Assembly (NCBI GenBank): GCA_030667705.1
Contig: DAOUVJ010000002.1
Span: forward strand, 1 to 62,709
From: Promethearchaeota archaeon
Lineage (GTDB): Archaea; Asgardarchaeota; Lokiarchaeia; Sigyniarchaeales; SOKP01
Reading direction: 5' to 3'
DNA: 62,709 bases
Shown: in pieces, positions 38,617 to 47,904 of the stretch
Numbering within the stretch: position 1 is the stretch's first letter
Layout of the letters: each line of letters starts with the position of its first letter
Notes under the pieces: generated by a model
What the model saw: the letters and a program-made list of their open reading frames with translations, nothing else
Told to the model about the DNA's origin: nothing
Databases searched by the model: none
Made by a program: the position numbers and the translations under genes

Positions 38617-39282
38617 TTATTCGAGAACTGCCCGATTTAGGAAAATATCTTCAAAAAAGATATGCTGATTCATTAAAACTTTATTTTTAAACCCTCTTTC
38701 TTCAATAAATTTATATAGCTCATCTAAATTTGTATTTGATGAACAAATGTAATAGACGTGGCACTTTTTTTGACGATTTAAATAAACTTTCACTTGTGAG
38801 AAAAATTGAGAAAGTACTTTCAGTCCATCGATACCCCCATCCCAGGAATAATCACTACTTTTTTTTTCAATTCTATCAAATGAAGGTAAGTAAGGAGGAT
38901 TGAAGATGATTATATCAAATGAGTTTTTCAAGTGGGTAGGAAAGGATTCAAATAAGTTAGAATGAATATAATTTATTTTGTTTTCAATGTTATTTCTTTT
39001 TTCATTCATTTGAGCACATTTTATAGCATTTTGTAGAATATCTGAAGCATATATTTGAGAGGGAAATAGATTTAATAATTCTAAAAAAATTGCTACGATC
39101 CCTGTTCCTGTTCCTAAATCTAATATGTTTCTTATCTCTTTAATAGGAATTTCATCAAATATTTCTTGAGAGATATTACTTCTTATAAAATCTAAGATTA
39201 AATATGTATCCTCTGAGGGAGAATATACATCTTCAAAAGGATTGAGAATGATAGGGTCAGACATCTTTTCTTTCATGTCCAT
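38617..39282 (-). CDS. N5-glutamine methyltransferase (Mtq2/PrmC-HemK family)
   Basis: Has DLGTGTGIVAIF and NPPYLP. I prefer the ATG at 39282 because the track start at 39324 would overlap ksgA by 38 nt. Confidence 0.7.
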   Translation of the reverse strand: MDMKEKMSDPIILNPFEDVYSPSEDTYLILDFIRSNISQEIFDEIPIKEIRNILDLGTGTGIVAIFLELLNLFPSQIYASDILQNAIKCAQMNEKRNNIENKINYIHSNLFESFPTHLKNSFDIIIFNPPYLPSFDRIEKKSSDYSWDGGIDGLKVLSQFFSQVKVYLNRQKKCHVYYICSSNTNLDELYKFIEERGFKNKVLMNQHIFFEDIFLNRAVLE

Positions 39283-39286
39283 CAGA

Positions 39287-40150
39287 TCAATTTGTGTATT
39301 CAAAGAGAAGTTCGCAAGTTGCAATTAATTCATCTATTTCCTTATGAAAGACTTTTTCATCTGAAATCGAATTAGATTTAAAAAATTTTATAATATCTTG
39401 TTTAGTTAAAGCGAGTGATGGTTTATTCTTAATAAATAGCTTTAAAGAATTAGAAAATGTTTTATTCTTATAGGGAGTGATCCCAGCAATAAATTCAATG
39501 AAAAATTTTCGTTTCATTGGTTCCTTGAGAAAAGAATTCAATGTTGTTTTTGGTTTTATTTTGATTAGGGCTAGATCAATGCCTGGAATTGGATAAAAAC
39601 AATTTCTTGAAATTTGATATTTATTTATGAGATCCATAAAAGCATTAAAAGTAACACCTATTCGAGAGAAGTTCTTGTATTTTTTAATGTCTGAAATTCT
39701 CTTCGAGAGAGAATTTTCAATAATCATTATACCAACTGGAGAATTTTCTCCAGAATTATAAAAAAAATTTTCGAGTATTGGACCTGTAATAGTATAAGGA
39801 ATGTTTGATACTATTTTATCATGAGGAGGAATATTGGATTTTAGAGCATCAGCATTAATAATTTCAACATTTGTTGAAATTGAAAACTTATCTTTGAGGT
39901 ATTGATAGAGTATTTTATCTATCTCATATGCATATACTTTTTTTGCTTTTTTCTCCAGCTCTGTAGTTAGTGCTCCTAAACCGGCGCCTATTTCTAAGAC
40001 TGTTTCTTCCTTGGAAATCTCAGCCTCATTTATCATTTTAATGAGTATGTTTCTATCAATCAAAAAATTTTGCCCGAGACTCTTATTCGGAATAACGCCG
40101 AGTTTGTTTAAAATGAGTCGAGTCTCTGTAAGATTCATTTTTTCATTCAT
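39287..40150 (-). CDS. ksgA: 16S rRNA dimethyladenosine transferase KsgA/Dim1
   Basis: Contains LGQNFLID, EIGAGLGALT and SNIPY. Confidence 0.9.
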   Translation of the reverse strand: MNEKMNLTETRLILNKLGVIPNKSLGQNFLIDRNILIKMINEAEISKEETVLEIGAGLGALTTELEKKAKKVYAYEIDKILYQYLKDKFSISTNVEIINADALKSNIPPHDKIVSNIPYTITGPILENFFYNSGENSPVGIMIIENSLSKRISDIKKYKNFSRIGVTFNAFMDLINKYQISRNCFYPIPGIDLALIKIKPKTTLNSFLKEPMKRKFFIEFIAGITPYKNKTFSNSLKLFIKNKPSLALTKQDIIKFFKSNSISDEKVFHKEIDELIATCELLFEYTN

Positions 40151-40802
40151 ATTTTTTTGTCTTGGAAAACAAGTAATATTTGATTCCTTCTCTTTGAAGT
40201 TCTTTAATTACTCTTTGAGCAATTAATTTTTTTGGATTTGATATACTTGTACGATCAGATATATCTTGAAATGTTGTGAATTTTTGTCTATTTCTTGCAT
40301 TGAGGATCTCCCACATATGTTTTTGTCCTACTCCGGGTAAAAGTTTTAATGCGTGCATCCGTGGTGTGATTGAAGTGGAGTTATTGAAGAAATTAATGAA
40401 TTCTCCTTCAAAATTTAATACTTCTTGTTCAAGTATTTGCTGAAGAAGTGCTTTTGAAGTGTTTGTTAAGTCTTTATAATCAATTTTTTTAATGACATCC
40501 CGAAGTTTATTCTGTCTCTGGAATTCTTCGTATGTACCCTTTTCTTGTACTTTTATATCAGAATCTCTATTCATTTTCACTTCATATAAAACAAAATCAG
40601 GGAATGTAATAACTTGCGCAATTGGTGTTTTTGACCAACTAGGTTTATTTTCTTCTGGATGTCCGTGGAGAAGTAAGTCTATAATAATAAGCTCTCTATA
40701 TTTCTTGATAAATTGCTTTTTTTTCCCGTGTTCTTTTCCTCGGTAGTTGGATCTTCGAGGATCTCGTCTGTATCGATCTCGAGGTCTTTCCATAAGCACC
40801 AA
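40143..40802 (-). CDS. DUF655/COG1491-family protein (OB plus HhH, predicted RNA-binding)
   Basis: Has the LLPGVGQKHMWEIL HhH-like block. It occupies the conserved archaeal rpl21e-rpoF-DUF655-ksgA neighbourhood and overlaps ksgA by 8 nt. Confidence 0.55.
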   Translation of the reverse strand: MVLMERPRDRYRRDPRRSNYRGKEHGKKKQFIKKYRELIIIDLLLHGHPEENKPSWSKTPIAQVITFPDFVLYEVKMNRDSDIKVQEKGTYEEFQRQNKLRDVIKKIDYKDLTNTSKALLQQILEQEVLNFEGEFINFFNNSTSITPRMHALKLLPGVGQKHMWEILNARNRQKFTTFQDISDRTSISNPKKLIAQRVIKELQREGIKYYLFSKTKKYE

Positions 40803-40969
40803 TTTTCTTGTATTTTATTTTCCAGAGATCCATAATAAATTTTTATTTTTAATATTCCTTGACTTAGAAGGATTACTATCCTAAAAAGGACATCTCATTA
40901 AATTTAATAATAACATGTATTTTAAATTCTTCGGCTTGTTGGGAATTTCTTTGAAAATGTATAAAAAGT

Positions 40970-41341
40970 TTAAACTTGAGCAGATATTAGTTCTTCCATT
41001 TGATAAAGGAGATCTTGCAATTCATCTTCAGTTAGAGATCTTCCAGCAATACTTTTTTCTAAAATCATTCTTAATTCAGGAACCGTTCTTGGATAAATGT
41101 TTACTACATTTATTGAATAAATTTCTTCAATGTCATATTTATCTATTAAGAATTTTTGAACTTTGGCTCCATCCTTTTCACTCATTTTAGCAAATTTGTT
41201 TACATAATTATATGTTATTTCTTGAAAGTGAGAAATTCCTTCTTCCTTGTCAATTTGTTCAATCTTCTCCTTTACGTTTTCCATAATCTTTTTCACTTCC
41301 GGTATTGAAACAGCTCTCTCCTTTAATTTACGCCCTGACAT
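40970..41341 (-). CDS. rpoF: RNA polymerase subunit F (Rpb4-like)
   Basis: It is a 123-aa helical protein (ISHFQEITYNYVNKFAKM...) in the conserved position after rpl21e. Confidence 0.65.
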   Translation of the reverse strand: MSGRKLKERAVSIPEVKKIMENVKEKIEQIDKEEGISHFQEITYNYVNKFAKMSEKDGAKVQKFLIDKYDIEEIYSINVVNIYPRTVPELRMILEKSIAGRSLTEDELQDLLYQMEELISAQV

Positions 41342-41364
41342 GACTAATCCTGCATTTAATGATT

Positions 41365-41673
41365 TTAATTTTTGATTGTAGATTTACTTATCCTAAGATG
41401 TTCTCTTCCCACAATTAATAATTTCTTTGAATTACCTATTTTCACTTGAACTTCAAAACATCTTCCCCTATAACCCTTAATTGTTCCAGTTAAACCATGA
41501 TACCTTCGATGAGGCATTCCACGTTTGTGTTGAGAGGAATCTGTAATAACATCAACTTTTTCATTGATTTTATATTCTAATAAATATTTCTCTATGGAAC
41601 CTATACCCTTATCTCTTACATTCTTTCTATGAAGTTGTCGACACTTATTTCTATATCCCTTGTGTAAGGTCAT
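41365..41673 (-). CDS. rpl21e: Ribosomal protein L21e (eL21)
   Basis: HKGYRNKCR...HRRYHGLTG.I.G.RG....V matches L21e. Confidence 0.9.
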   Translation of the reverse strand: MTLHKGYRNKCRQLHRKNVRDKGIGSIEKYLLEYKINEKVDVITDSSQHKRGMPHRRYHGLTGTIKGYRGRCFEVQVKIGNSKKLLIVGREHLRISKSTIKN

Positions 41674-41848
41674 TTTCTCTCACCGTACTACACGATTCAT
41701 TATTTTCTGAGTAAAAGCAAGTGAATACCATGCTAATTACCAGCTAAACTTTCTGATGAATCGAAATCAGTTAATAGTTTCATAAATATTATGATTTAAT
41801 TAGAATATGCATAATAGTTTATTTATTTTGCGATTTAAAGTATCAATT

Positions 41849-43213
41849 TCAAATATCTATATGGAGCACATCTAGTTCTTTACAAATGAGAGGAGCACCA
41901 AATAATTCTGTAAATGAGTTTGTGGTTCTTCCTTTATCTCCATTAATTAATTCTTTTATGTATGTGCCTCCTTGAGTTTTTACTGTAAATTCAAAAAGGT
42001 TAGATTTTAAAAATCTTCCGTTTAATTCATAGATATATTTCTGCCTTACTTTATCTGCTCGTCGATGAGATACCCTTTCAGGTGTTCTTTGAGATAACTT
42101 CTTACCGACTAGCTGGTTTTCTAAGAGAATTAAAAATTCATTAAATTGCGATTTTGTAATCCTTTTTTCTGATTGTACGAGTGCTTTATATAGTTTTTTT
42201 GTATTTTCAGCATTAGTTTTAATTGATATTACATTATTTTTATTGCTAAACTGCAAATCGCGAATCTTAACCTTTTTCTTTGTTATTTTATTCACTCTCT
42301 TCTCAAGATTTTCCAGATTCAATAATCTTAATACAGGATTTTGTAATTCTAAGATAAATGGGCGTCCTTTTCCCAACATTCTCACATCTATATCTTCTCT
42401 TCCGGCACCATGGAATTTAGCGCCAGTTGATTTTGATACTTTAATAAATTCAGGAATAATTAATTCTTCTACACTCGTTTGGTGTTGTTTTCCTGTGTAA
42501 TTACAATTAACACATCCCATACCTTTACATCTTCTACAATCCCAGTGAGTTTGAGGAATCCCCCTTATCAACTTATTGTATCTTCCATAAATAAATAGAG
42601 ATCTAATTACGAGATTGATTGAAAAAGAATCAAAACTTAGTGAGAAAATAATCGTAATATCTGGATTCGCAAAATCTGTAGATTTTTTAATCTGAGTTGA
42701 CAATAATTTCCCCACTTCTCTATTAAAATGGCTCTTAAAAGACTCAGCACCTAATATTTTAAACCTAACCTTGAACTCGTCTTCTTTATTGATGATTTTG
42801 CCATTTAAATTTGTTCCTACTAAAAAACTCTCATAGTCAAGATTTTCTAGTTTTCTTATTGCTTCTAGAGTGTATTTTGTTAAATCTGAAAAAATATTAT
42901 CACAAAGATAACAAGAAGGTTCAGTTATTTCATTGTCAAAATTTAATCCTTCTTTTTCCATGACTTTTATTGCGGGTACAAATTTTGCTTTTTCAGCCAA
43001 TAATCTTAAATGATTAACAGTATCGTCATTTTTCTCATTGATAGATAGATAATTTTCGTGTAATTGCATCGTAAGTGCAAGTAAGATTGAATTACCTCTT
43101 TCTAAATTAGTTGTATTAGTAGCATAAAGAGAAAACATCCTACCTAAACAATGGGGGCAAATATAATAATCGTGATAAATCTCTAATACTTTCTCGTTTA
43201 TTGTCATGCTCAA
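41849..43213 (-). CDS. pus10: tRNA pseudouridine(54/55) synthase Pus10
   Basis: Has the N-terminal CPHCLGRMF zinc module, a THUMP-like middle region with CRRC...CVNC, and the catalytic GREDIDVRMLGKGRPF. Confidence 0.8.
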   Translation of the reverse strand: MSMTINEKVLEIYHDYYICPHCLGRMFSLYATNTTNLERGNSILLALTMQLHENYLSINEKNDDTVNHLRLLAEKAKFVPAIKVMEKEGLNFDNEITEPSCYLCDNIFSDLTKYTLEAIRKLENLDYESFLVGTNLNGKIINKEDEFKVRFKILGAESFKSHFNREVGKLLSTQIKKSTDFANPDITIIFSLSFDSFSINLVIRSLFIYGRYNKLIRGIPQTHWDCRRCKGMGCVNCNYTGKQHQTSVEELIIPEFIKVSKSTGAKFHGAGREDIDVRMLGKGRPFILELQNPVLRLLNLENLEKRVNKITKKKVKIRDLQFSNKNNVISIKTNAENTKKLYKALVQSEKRITKSQFNEFLILLENQLVGKKLSQRTPERVSHRRADKVRQKYIYELNGRFLKSNLFEFTVKTQGGTYIKELINGDKGRTTNSFTELFGAPLICKELDVLHIDI

Positions 43214-43280
43214 TTGATAAAAGAAAGCATCCTATTTTTTTTTTCCCATTTAAGATGTTAAAAAAAAAATTAAATAGATT

Positions 43281-44633
43281 TTATTTTTTCTCCCAATCAA
43301 AATCTAGTTTGACATATTTTTTAGTATAGAAATATGAAACAATCAGAATCAGTGATACGATGGGGCCCCATAAGACATAGCCGATTGAAAAATAATTAGT
43401 TCCAATTACAATCTTTGGAAGAGAAGTAATTACCCCCAGCAAAAACACTCCTATGGCTTGAAAAATATTGAGTATTATGCTTGGAAATCCCGTATAAACC
43501 CCTGCTTTTAAATCACCAGTACTTTTCTCATCATCCTCAGCAATATCAGCATAAATAATATATGGGAATAAATACCATCCACCTAGAATAGCTCCAATCC
43601 CAATTATAAATATTATACCAAGAATTAAAGAAGGAATAGCTGAAACTAATCCTAGCAAAGAAATTGGTAGAAAGATTATTGCGAGTAGAAATATATAGAG
43701 AAGTGTCTTTTTCTTTCCAATTTTTTCAATTCTTTTTCTCCAGAGATAAAGGAATACAAATATACCGAGAAGTATACATACAGCAATGATAATGTAATCA
43801 GTACCTCCTAAACCTAAGACTAATATAGTAAAAGTTAACATCACTGTACTAATCATTGACCATCCAAAACCAGAAATACCTTGCATTAGAGTTACTAGCA
43901 GAAAATTTTTGTTTTTCACTGTCGTTTTTAAATTCTCCCAAAGATCTGTTTTTATTTCATACCTATGTTCTGTTGGAAGCAGGAATACAATTAATAGAAA
44001 TAGTATTACTGCAATTAGTCCAAAAGTAACAACAATTAGTAAAAAAGAGGTCGGAATAACACTCGGTGTTAAATTGATTTCTTCAAATATATTAGTAAAT
44101 ACTAATAGTGTAACAAGCGCCATTATACCATTGCCAATAAAGTTGAAGGTGTTTTGCACTTGAGATACTTGTGGACGTTCATTAGCAGGAAACAGTTCTG
44201 CCATCCAAGCTTGATAGGGAGTAGTTACTGCATAACTGAATCTAAATATGATGTCCCAAATCAAAAGCCAAGTAAAAAGCGCGCTCTTATCATTCATATT
44301 AGGTAGAAATAAACCAGGTAATAAAAGAAAAATAAAACTTATCCCGAGTAATGGTCCAAAAATTAAAATGTAAGGTTTTCTCCTTCCTAATTTAGTATAT
44401 TTGGCATCACTTAACCATCCTAATAAGAATTGCCCTAAAGCAATGCTTAAATATCCCATTGCCAAAGCAAATCCAACTAAGAATTCATCAATTCCATAAC
44501 CTAGTACGTACAGCGAAAATAAGGCAAATCCCTCTATTCCTAATACAAGGGAACTTCCAAGACGAGGAACCCCAAATAACACTCTTTTACTATTCTTTGT
44601 ACTTTCTCTCTTAATTGATCCGATTTCACTCAT
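43281..44633 (-). CDS. MFS/GPH-family transporter (about 12 TM)
   Basis: The hydrophobicity pattern fits, and there is a D..YTKLGRRKPY loop typical of GPH/MFS loop 2-3. Confidence 0.6.
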   Translation of the reverse strand: MSEIGSIKRESTKNSKRVLFGVPRLGSSLVLGIEGFALFSLYVLGYGIDEFLVGFALAMGYLSIALGQFLLGWLSDAKYTKLGRRKPYILIFGPLLGISFIFLLLPGLFLPNMNDKSALFTWLLIWDIIFRFSYAVTTPYQAWMAELFPANERPQVSQVQNTFNFIGNGIMALVTLLVFTNIFEEINLTPSVIPTSFLLIVVTFGLIAVILFLLIVFLLPTEHRYEIKTDLWENLKTTVKNKNFLLVTLMQGISGFGWSMISTVMLTFTILVLGLGGTDYIIIAVCILLGIFVFLYLWRKRIEKIGKKKTLLYIFLLAIIFLPISLLGLVSAIPSLILGIIFIIGIGAILGGWYLFPYIIYADIAEDDEKSTGDLKAGVYTGFPSIILNIFQAIGVFLLGVITSLPKIVIGTNYFSIGYVLWGPIVSLILIVSYFYTKKYVKLDFDWEKK

Positions 44634-44740
44634 GTAATTTCACTTATTTATTATTAAATATTTTTAAATTTAGTTTATATTTTGTTTTATATAATGTTAT
44701 AGTAATTTCGAAAAACTTTCAGATAAGTGAAATTGAGAAT

Positions 44741-45712
44741 TTACTCATTATCATCATCCCATCCAAGATCCTTCAGAATATCCCCAAAAGCTTCAGATTC
44801 TTTGTCTAATACGAATTCGACCTCATATTCAGAAGCAGCTTCAAATTCAGTTTCAAAATTTGGAGGGGTTAATTCATCAAGAGTAGGTAAAGCATCAGTT
44901 GATATAGGTTCTTGGACAATTGTAGGTTCATCAATAGATGCATCTTCTTCAATTTCCATGGGGGTGTAATCTTCAAGAGGAATTGGAGGAATTTCATCAT
45001 CATATACTTTGAATTGAGATCCTGGATCTATTTGAGTTTGTTCTTGGCGGTCAATTGCACCCATATCGATATGAGGTTCAATTGTTTTCTCATATTCCAT
45101 ACCATTAGATTTTGGGATTGATACAATTTTGTTATTAGTGCCAGTTTCAAGTTCACTTTCATCAACTCCTTCTTTTTCCCAAACATCTAAAAATCCAAGT
45201 AAATCATCTAATGCGGCTTTATCTTCTTCTACAGACGGTTTGATTATTGATAGTTCTTTCTCTTCTATATTGATCCCTAATCTTGCTTTTTCAGAATCAT
45301 CAAGAGATAACGTCATTTCAGTGATTTCATCCCCAGAAATCAAACGATTTAGTTTTTTTGCTAATTCTCGCAGATATCCTAAGTAGTATCCTATTCTAAA
45401 GACATTTTTCAATCCACCAAACATAATATAATCATCGTTAATAGCTAATAGGATGCTATAACCGAAAGTATTATGAAGAATAATCTCTGTAAGTGCTCCG
45501 TGTGCTGTTGCTTCACTTAATCGTAAACCTAAATCTATTAATGCTGTACTTGAAGCGGAAGTTGCATCAGCATCTAATTCAGATGATGTAGCAGAAGCAA
45601 CTTTTATTCCTACTCTTGAAAGAACAGCTAAATTCTCTAAATCTGTTTTTTCTTCCTCAATACTGAGGATATTCATCATATTTTCTCTTATATCTTGAGC
45701 GAGGGACGACAT
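44741..45712 (-). CDS. Roadblock/LC7-domain protein with a ~200-aa acidic C-terminal extension
   Basis: The N-terminal ~120 aa (LAVLSRVGIKVASA...ILHNTFGYSILLAINDDYIMFG) fit Robl/LC7. The remainder is D/E/P-rich and ends in GWDDDNE. Confidence 0.6.
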   Translation of the reverse strand: MSSLAQDIRENMMNILSIEEEKTDLENLAVLSRVGIKVASATSSELDADATSASSTALIDLGLRLSEATAHGALTEIILHNTFGYSILLAINDDYIMFGGLKNVFRIGYYLGYLRELAKKLNRLISGDEITEMTLSLDDSEKARLGINIEEKELSIIKPSVEEDKAALDDLLGFLDVWEKEGVDESELETGTNNKIVSIPKSNGMEYEKTIEPHIDMGAIDRQEQTQIDPGSQFKVYDDEIPPIPLEDYTPMEIEEDASIDEPTIVQEPISTDALPTLDELTPPNFETEFEAASEYEVEFVLDKESEAFGDILKDLGWDDDNE

Positions 45713-45804
45713 ATTTCTTCAAGTATAGTAAAATGTAAAATCAATCGAGTAAACTAATATTTGTTTATTAAATCATAGAATAAAGACTAATATATTTTTA
45801 TGTT

Positions 45805-46527
45805 TCATTTTATCAAATAATTTTTTAATGTCATTTGAGTAGAAGGAGGTTTTTCTAACTTTTTAAAGGAATATCCTGTTAATTGAGTAATTATTTCTTC
45901 TATTTTCTTTATAACATCTTCTTGTAATAAGTGCTCCGTATTGATTATTAGTATTTTCGTTTTATTGTTTCCTGAAATCAAAAAATCATCATAATATGAA
46001 AGGATTTTGAGTAAATAATCTCTTTTATGTTCATTCCACTCTTTTCTTATTACTTCTAAGGACCCTCGTTGGTATATGCGCTTTAAAATAGTATCTGGTT
46101 CAGCTGTAAGGTAAATAACGTAATTTTCTCTCCAATCTACAGAATTATACATGTTTAATATGAGATCATAATCTTTACTCTTGAGTTTTAGACCTTTTGA
46201 GTATATCAAAACGCAAACTGGAGTTCTATCAAGAATTATGATCCTACCATTATATATTTTATCAAAATTAACTATATTCTTATTCCGACGGGTTAATTGC
46301 TGAAGGAAATGAAATTCACTCCTAAATCCAATATTTTTGTCAGTAGATCCAAATGGAAAAGGGGGGTTTTTAATGTAGCGTTCTGGAAAGAATTTAAACT
46401 TATTATTGTCATTATATATTTTCTTTAACATGTTAAAAACAGTAGTCTTACCAACACCGTGAGCTCCTGCTATCGAGATGACGACGTTCTCCTTTTTTCC
46501 TTTATTTCGATAGGTTTTTTTACCCAA
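45805..46527 (-). CDS. Deoxynucleoside-kinase-like P-loop kinase
   Basis: Has Walker A GAHGVGKTT, a DRTP block (dNK DRS-like) and the lid LKRIYQRGSLEV. The start is TTG. Confidence 0.5.
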   Translation of the reverse strand: MGKKTYRNKGKKENVVISIAGAHGVGKTTVFNMLKKIYNDNNKFKFFPERYIKNPPFPFGSTDKNIGFRSEFHFLQQLTRRNKNIVNFDKIYNGRIIILDRTPVCVLIYSKGLKLKSKDYDLILNMYNSVDWRENYVIYLTAEPDTILKRIYQRGSLEVIRKEWNEHKRDYLLKILSYYDDFLISGNNKTKILIINTEHLLQEDVIKKIEEIITQLTGYSFKKLEKPPSTQMTLKNYLIK

Positions 46528-46639
46528 ATTTCAATACTCCAATCAGTTTATACGATTTTAAATTTCATTTATTAATAATACCACTAGAGTTATGTAATTT
46601 TTCTTATTATTAAAGTTGCATATTAAACCATAAAGAGAA

Positions 46640-47734
46640 TCATGGAAATAAAGCGATATTGAAATAGATGATCAAGACAATTAGCACATCATATATAATG
46701 CCCGCTATTATCGTGTTAAAGAGATTTCCATTGATTTCATACATGATTCCTAACGCAGTAAATACCAAAAAATTTATTAGAATGAAATATATTCCCCCCG
46801 GGAAAGTAAAAAAGAGAAGAAGTCCAGAATAGACTAAAGAGATAGTCAAAATGATTGTAATTCGTCCTGTAAATTTATTATTAAAATATTGTTTTAAAGC
46901 ATTATGCAATACGCCCCGATAGACTATCTCAGTCGAAATTGTTCCTATACATAGTAAAATTATTAAGGGGATCATCCAAATAATGCCTGCATTCCTGATG
47001 ATTTGATTCTCTTCAATAATATAAGTTTTAATATCATAAACATTAATTCCAATGTCATATATAAAATCAATCAAAAAGCCAGAAGAAAAATCAATCATAA
47101 TCAAGCAAGCAGCTCCTATAATCCCGATTAAAAAACTTATAAAGATTTTATTTTTTCCTAAGTATAACCCCATTTTTTTGAAATCATGCTTTTTAGAATA
47201 GATATACCACATAGGATAGACTCCAAAAATAATAGTTGGTATTTGTTCTAATAATAGGAGTGACATGGTTGTTTCAACTGATTCTAAAGAACTTGATTGA
47301 CTAACAATCAATATTATAATTAAAAATCGAAGAAAAACATAAATCATTAAGGAATTGCTGAAAATACTAATACCTTCACGAATAGTCCACGCATCTTTCT
47401 TAACCGATAATCTCTGTTCTGATACAAATTTTTTATTTGTAAATATTACACCCATCTTTTTTTGAGACTTTTCTTCAGAGGCAGTTGTTGGTTGCTTGAG
47501 TACTTTCTCTAATTTGGCATTACATATAGGACATTGTTCCAAGATTGGAGATGTAATAATAGATCCACATCCAGAACATTTGCGTGAAATTGGTGGAGTT
47601 TTTTTGGATCGAGGTTTAATTAGTTTCGCTATTAATTTTCCACATTTTGGACAATAAGTTTCCGAATCACTTGCTTCGGTCCCACAATGAACACAATACT
47701 TAATTTTCCTTACAGTTTCTTTATCATCAGACAT
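46640..47734 (-). CDS. Double zinc-ribbon N-terminus fused to a CPBP-like multi-TM domain
   Basis: Four CxxC pairs lie in the first 75 aa. A TM region follows with STEIVYRGVL (an EExxxR-like motif with one Glu lost). No clear HxxxN motif is present. Confidence 0.5.
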   Translation of the reverse strand: MSDDKETVRKIKYCVHCGTEASDSETYCPKCGKLIAKLIKPRSKKTPPISRKCSGCGSIITSPILEQCPICNAKLEKVLKQPTTASEEKSQKKMGVIFTNKKFVSEQRLSVKKDAWTIREGISIFSNSLMIYVFLRFLIIILIVSQSSSLESVETTMSLLLLEQIPTIIFGVYPMWYIYSKKHDFKKMGLYLGKNKIFISFLIGIIGAACLIMIDFSSGFLIDFIYDIGINVYDIKTYIIEENQIIRNAGIIWMIPLIILLCIGTISTEIVYRGVLHNALKQYFNNKFTGRITIILTISLVYSGLLLFFTFPGGIYFILINFLVFTALGIMYEINGNLFNTIIAGIIYDVLIVLIIYFNIALFP

Positions 47735-47904
47735 GATAAATCATAGTTAATAGCTTATCTATATTATAAAATGATTACTATTGTTTCTTAGTACAATATG
47801 GAATCAATAATTTTATAGTTTATCATTATCTTTGCTATTTTATTAGGATAATGAACTATAAAAATAGCGGAATATAAAATTTAAAGAGAAGGATCTTAAT
47901 TTTA

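Noticed and set aside
41674-41848. A small inverted repeat (ctgat-gaatcgaa-atcag) and a CTGATGA in the rpl21e-pus10 spacer, considered as an sRNA or a kink-turn.
   Set aside because: The stem is only 5 bp, the box order and spacing do not fit C/D architecture on either strand, and no compensatory evidence is available.
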